From: an uncultured Gemmatimonadales bacterium
GTDB taxonomy: Bacteria; Gemmatimonadota; Gemmatimonadetes; Gemmatimonadales; GWC2-71-9
Assembly (NCBI GenBank): GCA_963846545.1
Contig: CAWJWG010000001.1
Span: 2,890,055 to 2,954,054 of the forward strand
Reading direction: 5' to 3'
DNA: 64,000 nucleotides
The notes beneath the pieces are model-generated. The model did not search any database, was not told where the DNA came from, and saw only the letters and a list, made by a program, of their open reading frames with translations. The stretch's first letter is position 1; each line of letters begins with the position of its first letter. This document shows, one piece after another, positions 1 through 7,815 of this stretch. Both the position numbers and the translations under genes were made by a program.

Positions 1-909
1 CACCATTTCCTCCAGCACGCTGCCCGCCGAGCCGGCTGCGGTCGGCGTGTCGAACAGGGACTGGCCCATCACCCGCTCGGCCGCGAGCACTTCCTCCATG
101 CCCGCGACGAAGTGCCGCTGGTGGATTTGCTTGTCGGCATCGGGCCCCGGCTCCGTGGTCGCGATCTGCGCGGCCTTGAGAACGGCGTTCTTGATGTCGC
201 CTCCGCTCCGCGGATAGCGCTCGGCGAGAGCCCCGAAATCCACGTCGTCCGCCAGGGGCGTCTTCTTGGCGTGCAGCTGCACGAGCCAGATGCGCTCCCG
301 CTCCTCGGCGTTCGGCATGTCGAAGAGGATGTGGGTGCGGATGCGCCGCTCGAAGGCCGGGTCCATGTTGGCCGCGAGATTAGTGGCGAAGATCACGACC
401 CCGTCGAAACTCTCCAGCTCCTGCAGCAGGACGTTGACGATGGCGTTGGCCTCGCGCTCGTAGGCCGCGCTCATCGAGGTGAACCGCCGGCCGGCGATCG
501 CATCCGCCTCGTCGAAGAAGAGGACGGCGTTCTGCCGCTCGGCCGCCCGGAACACGCTGGCGACATGCTTGGCCGTCTGGCCCACCCAGCGCGACTCCAG
601 CTCGGCATAGCGCACGACCAGAAGGCGTTGGTCCAGTGTGTAGGCCAGCGCCTCGGCACAGATGGTCTTGCCGGTGCCGGGGGGTCCCGCGAAATGAAAC
701 GCGAGGCCGAGCCCGCTCGAGTGCCGCTCGGCGAGGCCCCACTGGCGGAAGATGAGATCGTGCTTCCGCACCAGCGCGAGCGCGTGGTTGAGCGAGCGGA
801 GCGTCGTCTCCGGCAGCACCACGTCGTCGAAGGTTCGGCGGGGCTCCAGCGCCTCGACCAGCTCGCTGGCCGGGGTGCCGAAGAAGAGGTCCCGGATCGA
901 GTCGGCCAC
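1..909 (-). CDS. AAA+ ATPase (partial; C-terminus runs off the left edge)
   Basis: Absent from the ORF track because it is open to the window edge. My reverse translation in the frame of 934..1263 starts at GTG (907-909): VADSIRDLFFG... It shows Walker A GPPGTGKT (rev-comp of 667-690), Walker B VLFFDEADA (~500-526) and VVIFATN. The antisense ORF 112..1293(+) is a shadow. Confidence 0.8.
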   Translation of the reverse strand, partial: MADSIRDLFFGTPASELVEALEPRRTFDDVVLPETTLRSLNHALALVRKHDLIFRQWGLAERHSSGLGLAFHFAGPPGTGKTICAEALAYTLDQRLLVVRYAELESRWVGQTAKHVASVFRAAERQNAVLFFDEADAIAGRRFTSMSAAYEREANAIVNVLLQELESFDGVVIFATNLAANMDPAFERRIRTHILFDMPNAEERERIWLVQLHAKKTPLADDVDFGALAERYPRSGGDIKNAVLKAAQIATTEPGPDADKQIHQRHFVAGMEEVLAAERVMGQSLFDTPTAAGSAGSVLEEMV

Positions 910-933
910 GTCAGCGGCCCCGGCCGGCGAGGA

Positions 934-1263
934 TCACTCGCGCGTCCGGTTGGGGGACTGGTCGCTCTTCTGGCCGACCACCCGGTCCCACGCGTCCCGC
1001 ACCGCGTCCTTGATCTCGTCCCAGGTCGACGGCTCGGCGCCGCGATGCTCGTAGCGGTCCCAGCCCGCCCGGAGATCGGGCTCGGCGTCCTCAAAGGTCC
1101 GTCCCAGCCCATGCGTGCCCGACTCGAAGCCGTACCGGTAGGCGGGGCGGAAGCGATCGTAATAGTCGGGGCCGAGCGAGTAGGGCCGGCTCGAGAAGTT
1201 CTCGTGCCAGTAGTTCTCCTCGGTCTCCCAGGCGGCACGCCAGTCGTCGGATGGCTGCGTCAT
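934..1263 (-). CDS. Conserved hypothetical small protein, W/Y/R-rich with internal repeats (stress-protein-like)
   Basis: ORF track, 109 aa. Protein-like composition with repeated W..(D/E)..W/Y motifs (WETEENYWHENF, PAYRYGFESG, WDEIKDAVRDAWDRV). It lies directly upstream of the AAA+ gene in the same frame, separated by one stop codon. Confidence 0.6.
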   Translation of the reverse strand: MTQPSDDWRAAWETEENYWHENFSSRPYSLGPDYYDRFRPAYRYGFESGTHGLGRTFEDAEPDLRAGWDRYEHRGAEPSTWDEIKDAVRDAWDRVVGQKSDQSPNRTRE

Positions 1264-1286
1264 GTCGGTCTCTGTGTTGAAGTGTG

Positions 1287-1377
1287 GAGCTAGGAGCTGT
1301 GAGCTATGAGCTGTGAGCTGTGAGCTATGAGCTACAAGCTACAAGCTCATAGCTCATAGCTCCTAGCTCCTAACTCA
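1287..1377. repeat. Inverted tandem-heptamer array, locus 1: 13 contiguous 7-nt units switching from GAGCTRT to TAGCTCN
   Basis: Units read directly: GAGCTAG GAGCTGT GAGCTAT GAGCTGT GAGCTGT GAGCTAT GAGCTAC AAGCTAC AAGCTCA TAGCTCA TAGCTCC TAGCTCC TAACTCA. Positions 1286-1312 are the reverse complement of 1344-1370 with one mismatch. The last unit contains the stop (1375-1377) of the 1375..1758 gene. Confidence 0.9.
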
Positions 1378-1758
1378 CGGCACCTCGAAGGCGATCGCTC
1401 CGAGCCGGAGCGTCCCCTGCCGGGGGTCATTCCGAAAGCTGATCCACCCGTCGCGCCGTGAGTCGCGCGGCAGGTAGGCGATGGTCAGCTGGGCCTCCTC
1501 CTGTTTGCCATCGGCGAGGTCGAGGAAGACGGGGACCAGGACGTCCTCCGCCGTGGCCTTCCCCACGTTGGCGACCTCGACCGGCACGAGGTAGCCGTTT
1601 GCGGAAGGCACCGTCGCCCCCAGCCGTGCCACGACGTCGGGAGGGCCGGGGTGGGTCGTGATCGACTCCTGCACCAGGTAGCCGAGCGTGGTGAGCACGA
1701 GAACCAGCCCGATCCCGAACACCGTCCACTCGAGCGGGTTCTTGTCCGGCTTAGTCAC
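1375..1758 (-). CDS. TIGR02588-like conserved hypothetical (N-terminal TM anchor)
   Basis: ORF track, 127 aa. One N-terminal TM helix (WTVFGIGLVLVLTTLGYLV) followed by a soluble domain. Its start overlaps the stop of the upstream membrane-protein gene by 8 nt. The family name is from memory of the TIGR02587/TIGR02588 pair. Confidence 0.65.
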   Translation of the reverse strand: MTKPDKNPLEWTVFGIGLVLVLTTLGYLVQESITTHPGPPDVVARLGATVPSANGYLVPVEVANVGKATAEDVLVPVFLDLADGKQEEAQLTIAYLPRDSRRDGWISFRNDPRQGTLRLGAIAFEVP

Positions 1759-2575
1759 CGTGCCCTCCCTGCAACAGGAGTTTCCCCGCGGACGCGCCGA
1801 GGGTCGATGCGACGGCGAGGGCGACCGTCTGCCCCACGGCTGCGCCTGTTCCCCCGTCGTCGAAGCGGCCGAAGACCCAGAGGATTCCGGCCGACGCCAG
1901 CAGTCCGACGGCGTAGATGATCACGCTGCCGCGCACCACGCCCCCGAACCCGTGTGCGTGGACCATGCGTCGGGATCCCCGAAAATCGCTGTAGAAGAGT
2001 ATCAGCGCCGCGAGCGCCATCGTGACGACGCCCAGCAGGGCGAGCTGCGCGCCCGAGAGCTCGATCCCGATCACCACGATCTCCTCGGTGGGGGCCACGT
2101 TGGCCGCGAAGAGCACCGCGCCGCAGAGTGCCAGCGTAAGGTGACCGAGGAAGGCGGCATCGCTCGGGTTCGCCATCCCGGGCTTGCCTGCCCCTTCCCC
2201 GCCGAGCTGGGCCGTTCCCACCGACACGCCGATCGCTACCGTCACCGCCTCCACCACGATCTTGCCAACCACCTCGCCCAGGTCCTGACCCGGGCCGATG
2301 CGACCGATGAGGAGCAGAACCACCGCGGACAGGAGCAGTCCGATGCCCATCTCCTCCACCGAGTCGATCGCGACCTCGGCCCAGCTGCTGTCGGGATGGA
2401 GACCCGCATAGCGGTTGTAGCCCAGCAGGATGACGAGCGCCAGCACGAAATAGACGAGCTGCCGATGGGGTGGCATCGAGAACCCCGCCAGCCACACCTC
2501 CATGGTGTAGAGCAAGGGGAGACTGAAGAGCAGGCCACCGGCCACCCCCCGCCCGTACTCCTGGAGGGATTCCAC
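1751..2575 (-). CDS. TIGR02587-like integral membrane protein
   Basis: C-terminal 274 codons of ORF 1751..2890. Multi-TM sequence (GLLFSLPLLYTMEVW..., VLFAANVAPTEEIVVIG). I moved the start to GTG 2573-2575, which follows a GGAGAAAGG Shine-Dalgarno-like sequence. The first ~105 codons of the track ORF look non-coding (R/G/P-rich). Confidence 0.65.
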   Translation of the reverse strand: MESLQEYGRGVAGGLLFSLPLLYTMEVWLAGFSMPPHRQLVYFVLALVILLGYNRYAGLHPDSSWAEVAIDSVEEMGIGLLLSAVVLLLIGRIGPGQDLGEVVGKIVVEAVTVAIGVSVGTAQLGGEGAGKPGMANPSDAAFLGHLTLALCGAVLFAANVAPTEEIVVIGIELSGAQLALLGVVTMALAALILFYSDFRGSRRMVHAHGFGGVVRGSVIIYAVGLLASAGILWVFGRFDDGGTGAAVGQTVALAVASTLGASAGKLLLQGGHGD

Positions 2576-2736
2576 GGTGGACCGCCTTTCTCCAACTCGC
2601 GCTTTCGCGGGCACATACGATGATGCGGCGCGGGGGCGTCGGGCGCGTGGTCGCCCATCACCTGCCCTACCCCCTTCTGGCAGGTTCAGACATACTCCGT
2701 GACCGGTCTTCCCTTCACCCGCAGGAGCATTCCGGC

Positions 2737-3009
2737 ATGCGGTCACGACTGTGGTCCACGCTCCTCGCTCTCCCCGCCGTACTGACCCACCCGACTGGAC
2801 GCTCAAGTCACCGCCATCCGGGCCGGCACCCTGGTGATCGACCTCTCCGGCTCGGCGGTGCTCCCCGGCCTGTTCGACGCGCACACCCACCTGTGCATGA
2901 CCGTCAACCGCGGGCCGATCCGCGGGTGCTCGAGCAGGTCAACTTCGTGATGAAGAACGGCAAGGGCATCAAGACCCGTCCCGCGTCGCCCCACACCGCG
3001 GTCAGGTAG
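2737..3009 (+). pseudogene. Amidohydrolase-family relic (signal peptide + HxH motif + C-terminal strand, with frameshift and large internal deletion)
   Basis: Frame A gives MRSRLWSTLLALPAVL (signal-like). Another frame (~2807-2905) gives VTAIRAGTLVIDLSGSAVLPGLFDAHTHLCMTV, the N-terminal metal-binding motif. Frame A then resumes with DPRVLEQVNFVMKNGKGIK, a typical C-terminus. About 350 codons of a normal enzyme are missing. Confidence 0.5.
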
Positions 3010-3017
3010 CGCGAGCG

Positions 3018-3857
3018 ATGGCGCGGCCCTCTCCCCGCCTCTGGGCGATCCGGACCGCGTTCCGCACGGTCGGCGCCGTGGCCCCATCCGTCGCCGCGCG
3101 CTGGGCGGAGAGTCTATTTTGCACCCCGCCACCGCGGCGCGAGGGCGACGAGGCCTTCATGGCCACCGGGACGCGGTTCACGACCGCGAGCCAGGGGCAG
3201 CGACTGGTGGGATGGACGTGGGGTGAGGGCCCCACCGTGATCCTGGCGCACGGATGGGGAAGCCGCGCGAGCCGACTCGGTGCGCTCGCAGGCGCGCTGG
3301 TCGAGACGGGATTCCAGGTCGTGGCGTTCGACGCGCCGGCGCACGGCGAGTCCTCCGGCCGTTGGGCCAGCCTGCCCGAGTTCGCCCGGGCGCTCCGGGA
3401 CGTGGCCGACCGGGTCGGGCCGGTGGATGGGCTCGTCGGCCATTCGCTCGGCGGGGCCGCGGTGGCCATGGCGATGCGGCACGGTCTCACCGCCAGGAAG
3501 GTGGTGCTGCTGGCGCCGCCGGCCGACGTCCGGATCTTCTCCGACCTCTTCGCCCGGACGCTGGCGATCTCGCCCGCGGTCCAGGAGACGATGCACCGGA
3601 ACCTCGAGCGGCGGCTCCGCATCGTCTGGGACGAGCTCCACATCCCGACCATCGTCCGGGAGCTGCCCGCCGCCGCCCTGATCATCCACGACCGGGACGA
3701 CACGGACGTCCCCATCGCTCACGGCGAGGAGATCGTGGGAGCCTGGGCCGGATCTCGGCTCGCCACCACCGCCGGGCTAGGCCATCGGGCGGTGCTCCGG
3801 GATCCGGCGGTCATCCGGCTGGCGGTCGAGTTCCTAGGGGAAGGTCGGCCGGCGTGA
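3018..3857 (+). CDS. Alpha/beta-fold hydrolase
   Basis: ORF track, 279 aa. Nucleophile elbow GHSLGG, HGWGS oxyanion region, and a C-terminal D...GH acid/His region (HDRDDTDVP...GLGHRAV). Confidence 0.85.
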   Translation: MARPSPRLWAIRTAFRTVGAVAPSVAARWAESLFCTPPPRREGDEAFMATGTRFTTASQGQRLVGWTWGEGPTVILAHGWGSRASRLGALAGALVETGFQVVAFDAPAHGESSGRWASLPEFARALRDVADRVGPVDGLVGHSLGGAAVAMAMRHGLTARKVVLLAPPADVRIFSDLFARTLAISPAVQETMHRNLERRLRIVWDELHIPTIVRELPAAALIIHDRDDTDVPIAHGEEIVGAWAGSRLATTAGLGHRAVLRDPAVIRLAVEFLGEGRPA

Positions 3858-3862
3858 TCGTG

Positions 3863-4144
3863 ATGGACCGGGAGAACCTGTACGCGCGGGGCTATTCGCA
3901 CGTCCTCTCGACCACCAACGATCTCGAGGAGCTGGACGCCTTCCGGATACGGGTGGGGGCGCCGCCCCAGGCCCTGCACCTGGGCAACCAGCGCTGGCCT
4001 CACCTCGACCTCAAGCTGGAGCCACGAGAGCGCGCACTCACAATGCCCGGCGTCCGGGTCTTCGAGCGCACTCCGGACATGCTCCGATTTCTCCGGACCG
4101 GTCGGCAGCCACCCGGACAAAATTTCCGCAGGGTTGCTGGTTAG
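3863..4144 (+). CDS. DUF4031-like small protein
   Basis: Tail of track ORF 3254..4144, starting at ATG 3863: MDRENLYARGYSHVLSTTNDLEELDAFRIRVGAP...PHLDLKLEPRERAL. This matches the H-x-L-x-D..EL.AFA...HYDL pattern I associate with DUF4031. Confidence 0.55.
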   Translation: MDRENLYARGYSHVLSTTNDLEELDAFRIRVGAPPQALHLGNQRWPHLDLKLEPRERALTMPGVRVFERTPDMLRFLRTGRQPPGQNFRRVAG

Positions 4145-4694
4145 CCGATTCTCTGCCATGTTCTGTCCGCCGATCCTCCGGGATCGTGTCGTCCGCAGTG
4201 CCCCATTCCCGAGTTCAGAGGATTACGTGCCTACAGCGCCCGCCAGCCTTCAGAGCCGGTTCGTCCGTGACGTGCATCCCTGGCTCTCTCCCGATACCGA
4301 CCGGACCGGTCTGTCGGGAGCGGGCTGCGCGGTGCTCGTGGTGGACGATGATCGGGGTGTCCGGCGGCTGACCGCGCGGATGCTGCGATCGCAGGGCTAT
4401 CAGGTGTACGAGGCGGCGTCGGGACAGGAGGCGCTGCGGGCACTAAAGGACGAGCGGTCCATCCAGTTGGTCGTCACCGACATCGTGATGCCCGAGATGC
4501 ACGGGCTCGACCTGGCCGACCGGGTACTCGCGGCAATGCCGGATCTGCACGTGGTGCTGATGACCGGCCACGCGCCCGAGCTGACCGTCCAGCTCGAGCT
4601 CCGCGACACCCAGCTGCCGGTGCTGCTCAAGCCGTTCACGGCCGAGCAGCTCTTCACCAAGGTGCGGAACGCCCTAGGTGGCGAGCAGCACTGA
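4134..4694 (+). CDS. Orphan response regulator (single CheY-like receiver domain)
   Basis: ORF track, 186 aa. Receiver signature VLVVDDD...LVVTDIVMPEMHG...VLLKPF. The start is uncertain, with an alternative GTG at 4272. No kinase gene is adjacent. Confidence 0.8.
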   Translation: MLVSRFSAMFCPPILRDRVVRSAPFPSSEDYVPTAPASLQSRFVRDVHPWLSPDTDRTGLSGAGCAVLVVDDDRGVRRLTARMLRSQGYQVYEAASGQEALRALKDERSIQLVVTDIVMPEMHGLDLADRVLAAMPDLHVVLMTGHAPELTVQLELRDTQLPVLLKPFTAEQLFTKVRNALGGEQH

Positions 4695-4706
4695 GCCCCA
4701 CCGGCC

Positions 4707-5612
4707 TCAGAGAATCCGCTTTCCGAACGCCGACTGCACCAGCTCCACCGCGAACGTCGCCGAGGCGTTGCGGTCGTCCAGGATCGGGTTGGCCTCCACC
4801 ACCTCCAGCGACGTCATCCGCCCCGAGTCGGACAGCATCTCCATGAGCAGGTGGGCCTCGCGGTAGTCGAGCCCGCCTTTCACCGGCGTACCCACGCCGG
4901 GCGCGACCGTCGGATCCACCGCGTCGAGGTCGAAGCTGACGTGCACCCGGTCGGTCCCGTCGGTGACTCTGGCGAGCGCCTCCTTCATCACCGCCTCGAT
5001 GCCGTTCCGGTCCACCTCGGACATGGTGTGGACCTCCACGCCGTAGCGCTTGAGCCTGAGCTTCTCGCCCTCGTCGAGGCTTCGAATCGCCACCATCGCG
5101 ACGTTCCGGGCGTCCACCTTGGGCCCGCCGCCGCCGATCGAGGTGAGCTCGACCGGGCCTTCTCCCAGGAGCGCGGCCACCGGCATCCCGTGGATGTTGC
5201 CCGAGGGCGACGTCTCCGGGGTGTTGATGTCGCCGTGCGCGTCCACCCAGAGGAGCCCGACGCGCTTTCCCTCCCGGGCGGAAGCCGCGGCGATCGCGGA
5301 GACCGTGCCCACCGAGATCGAATGGTCGCCGCCCAGCACCAGTGGGAACCTGCCCTTGCCCACGATCCGCTCGACCTTGGTGGCCACCAGGCGCGAGGCG
5401 CGGGCGATCTCGGCGAGGTAGCGGGCGCGCACGTCGCCCACGCGCAGCCGCTCCATGTTCTTGATGGCCACATCGCCCTCGTCCACCACGGTATGCCCCA
5501 GCTCCGTCAGGCGCTCGGCGAGGCCCGCGATCCGGATCGCGGACGGGCCCATGTCCACCCCTCGCCGGCCCGAGCCGAGATCCATCGGCACGCCCAGCAG
5601 ATGGATGATCAT
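4707..5612 (-). CDS. rocF: Arginase
   Basis: ORF track, 301 aa. Ureohydrolase Mn-binding motifs GGDHSIS, VDAHGDINT, SGNIHGMP and SFDLDAVDP. Confidence 0.9.
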   Translation of the reverse strand: MIIHLLGVPMDLGSGRRGVDMGPSAIRIAGLAERLTELGHTVVDEGDVAIKNMERLRVGDVRARYLAEIARASRLVATKVERIVGKGRFPLVLGGDHSISVGTVSAIAAASAREGKRVGLLWVDAHGDINTPETSPSGNIHGMPVAALLGEGPVELTSIGGGGPKVDARNVAMVAIRSLDEGEKLRLKRYGVEVHTMSEVDRNGIEAVMKEALARVTDGTDRVHVSFDLDAVDPTVAPGVGTPVKGGLDYREAHLLMEMLSDSGRMTSLEVVEANPILDDRNASATFAVELVQSAFGKRIL

Positions 5613-5637
5613 CGGGCCAGCGCTCGCGGCGGCGCGA

Positions 5638-5997
5638 TCATGGGTCAGTCCTTCGGGTCGAACGTGGATGACGAACTCTCGGCCGCCACTGCACCTGTCT
5701 CAGCACAACCCGCCCTCCGGAATCGAAGCGGACGCCCTCGCGCTCGAGGAGGATTCGTTGGGTGATCTCGCCGCCCGGTGTGCGGCGCAGGCTCAGGGTG
5801 CCGCGGGCATTGAGGACGCGATGCCAGGGAACGGCGCTGTGCCGAGGGAGCGCGTGAAGGGCGTAGCCGACCTGACGCGCATGACCCGGCAGCCCGGCCA
5901 GGCCGGCGATCTGACCATACGTCGCGACTCTGCCACGCGGAATCCGTCGGATCACGGCGTAGATCCTGGCGTAATTTCCGGCTCCGGCCGGCTGCAT
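5638..5997 (-). CDS. Alkyltransferase-like protein (Atl; MGMT DNA-binding domain without the acceptor Cys)
   Basis: ORF track, 119 aa. IPRGRVATYGQIA helix-turn-helix, and PWHRV where MGMT has PCHRV. The Trp codon TGG is the rev-comp of 5824-5826. Confidence 0.8.
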   Translation of the reverse strand: MQPAGAGNYARIYAVIRRIPRGRVATYGQIAGLAGLPGHARQVGYALHALPRHSAVPWHRVLNARGTLSLRRTPGGEITQRILLEREGVRFDSGGRVVLRQVQWRPRVRHPRSTRRTDP

Positions 5998-6121
5998 AGC
6001 CGGGAACTTAACGAGCCGGGAAGGCTTCTCAACTGCGTCTCACTGGAGGGTCAGGTGGTGGGCTGCTCGTACTCCGGCACGCCTTCCAGCCGGACGCCCT
6101 CGAGAACGGTCTGACAGCGGG

Positions 6122-6853
6122 CTAGCGGGCGTGGACCAGCACGTATTCGAGGCCATTCGGCGAGACGTCCGCGATCCGATAACCATGCCGCGCGAGGAGC
6201 GCGAGCGCCTCGCGGGTGCGCCGGGCACCCACCTCGCGCCAGCGGTGGTGGAACTCCACGAGGATCTGAGCCGGCCGGTGGCTGCCGGCCAGCAGGTCTG
6301 CGAGCACCGCGTACTCGGCACCCTCGATGTCCATCTTCACCACGTCCGCCGGCGGGAGCCGGAGCATCGCGACCAGCGTGGCGAGCCGGTGCACGGGCGC
6401 CTCCACGCCGGGTCCCGCGCCGTCGCGGCGCACGAGGCTGAAGGAAGGGAACTTGCGCTTCCGCGGAGCGGCGAACCGAGCCGTGCCGTCGAAGTCGGCG
6501 ACGCCATAGGGATGGAGGACGAATCCGTTGGGGAGGCGCTGGGTCGCGGCCCACTCGAGGGCGATCGGCGTCGGGTCGAACGCATGGACCCGCACGCCGT
6601 ACCGGGCGATGAGGTCGCGCTCGAAGCTGATATCGGTGCCCACGCCGAAGGCATAGACGACGGTGTCGGGACCGAGCCGGTCGGGGATCACGGCCCAGCG
6701 GCCGCCGGCGTCGCCCAACCGCACCGTGTTCACCTCGATCTCCACACGGCGATACACGTCGAGCCCGGCCCACGACTTCAGCCGGCGGATGATCCGGCGC
6801 GCTCCGGCTCGAAGAGCACCGGACGGCCGACCGAACGGCGCGCTCCGCGTCAC
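6122..6853 (-). CDS. FkbM-family methyltransferase
   Basis: ORF track, 243 aa. VVYAFGVG...VKMDIEGAEYAVL, a typical FkbM SAM-methyltransferase core. Confidence 0.75.
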   Translation of the reverse strand: MTRSAPFGRPSGALRAGARRIIRRLKSWAGLDVYRRVEIEVNTVRLGDAGGRWAVIPDRLGPDTVVYAFGVGTDISFERDLIARYGVRVHAFDPTPIALEWAATQRLPNGFVLHPYGVADFDGTARFAAPRKRKFPSFSLVRRDGAGPGVEAPVHRLATLVAMLRLPPADVVKMDIEGAEYAVLADLLAGSHRPAQILVEFHHRWREVGARRTREALALLARHGYRIADVSPNGLEYVLVHAR

Positions 6854-6866
6854 GCGGGTGGCCCGG

Positions 6867-7796
6867 CTAGTGCCTCTGAGGCGCCGGCTCGAGGTGCCTG
6901 GTCTCCCGCACCACGCGCACCGCGCCCTTCTCGGGCACGATGCCGCCCCCCCGGCATTCGGCCCAGACCTGGGTGAACTCCGCGCCGAAGAGCACGATCA
7001 TGGACGAGTAGTAGATCCAGACCAGCATGAGGGCCAACGCCCCGGCCGCCCCGAACGCCTCGCCCGGATTGCTTCGACCCAGGTAGAGGCCCAGGGCGAA
7101 CTTGCCGGCGACGAACAGCACGGCCGTCGTCACCGCGCCGACCCGGACGTCTTTCCACGCGATCTTCGCGTCGGGCATGACCTTGAAGATCGCCGCGAAG
7201 AGGAGCGAGATCACGGCGAGCGAGCCGACTGCATTGATCGCCTCCAGCACCGGCGCCGACAGCCCCGCCGGAAGGAATCGGCCGATCTGGTCGCCGAAGG
7301 CCGACAGCACCGCGCTCACCACGAGAGACACGAGAAGAATGAAGGCCAGGCCGAGTACCATCCCGACGCCGAACACCCGCTTGAGCAGCAGGCTCTTGAT
7401 GCCGCCCTTGGCCGGATCCGGGGCCACCCCCCACGCCTTGTTGAGCGCGGCCTGCAGCTGGCCGAACACACCCGTCGCCCCCAGCATCAGTGCGATCCCG
7501 CTGAGCACGGTCGGCAGGATGCCGCCGGTGGGGCGGTCGGCGTTGAGCAGGATCGTGCGGACCTGCTCCGCGCCCGCGGGCCCCATCGCATCCCGCATCT
7601 GGGTCTCGATCGTGCCCTGGATGTCCTGGGGGTCCACCACGGCACCCAGGATGCTGAGCAGCAGGACCAGCAAGGGAGGCAGGGAGAAGACCGTGTAGTA
7701 GGAGAGTGCCGCGGCCATGGTGGGACAATCGTCGTCGCTGAAGCCGGTGACGCTCTGCTTGAGGATCTGCAGCAAACCAGGTGTTTCCGTCGCCAT
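6867..7796 (-). CDS. YihY/BrkB-family inner membrane protein
   Basis: ORF track 6867..7889 trimmed to ATG 7794-7796 (MATETPGLLQILKQSVTGFSDDDCPTMAAALSYYTVFSLPPLL...). This avoids overlap with the upstream gene, which ends at 7816. Multi-TM. Confidence 0.8.
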   Translation of the reverse strand: MATETPGLLQILKQSVTGFSDDDCPTMAAALSYYTVFSLPPLLVLLLSILGAVVDPQDIQGTIETQMRDAMGPAGAEQVRTILLNADRPTGGILPTVLSGIALMLGATGVFGQLQAALNKAWGVAPDPAKGGIKSLLLKRVFGVGMVLGLAFILLVSLVVSAVLSAFGDQIGRFLPAGLSAPVLEAINAVGSLAVISLLFAAIFKVMPDAKIAWKDVRVGAVTTAVLFVAGKFALGLYLGRSNPGEAFGAAGALALMLVWIYYSSMIVLFGAEFTQVWAECRGGGIVPEKGAVRVVRETRHLEPAPQRH

Positions 7797-7815
7797 CGCT
7801 CGCTCCCCACATGGC

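Noticed and set aside
112-1293. 393-aa plus-strand ORF covering the left end
   Set aside because: It is the antisense shadow of the AAA+ ATPase and the 109-aa gene. The translation is Arg/Gly/Leu/Val-rich with no motifs, whereas the opposite strand gives clean Walker A/B motifs.
1751-2890. Full 379-aa version of the TIGR02587-like ORF, and similar long N-terminal extensions of track ORFs (e.g. 6867..7889, 9576..10187, 13005..13619, 16518..17492, 33947..35803, 40208..41983, 42084..44798, 46163..47044)
   Set aside because: The extensions are R/G/P/A-rich and overlap upstream genes. They disappear when an internal ATG/GTG is used that abuts or overlaps the upstream stop by 1-11 nt, the pattern seen throughout this window.
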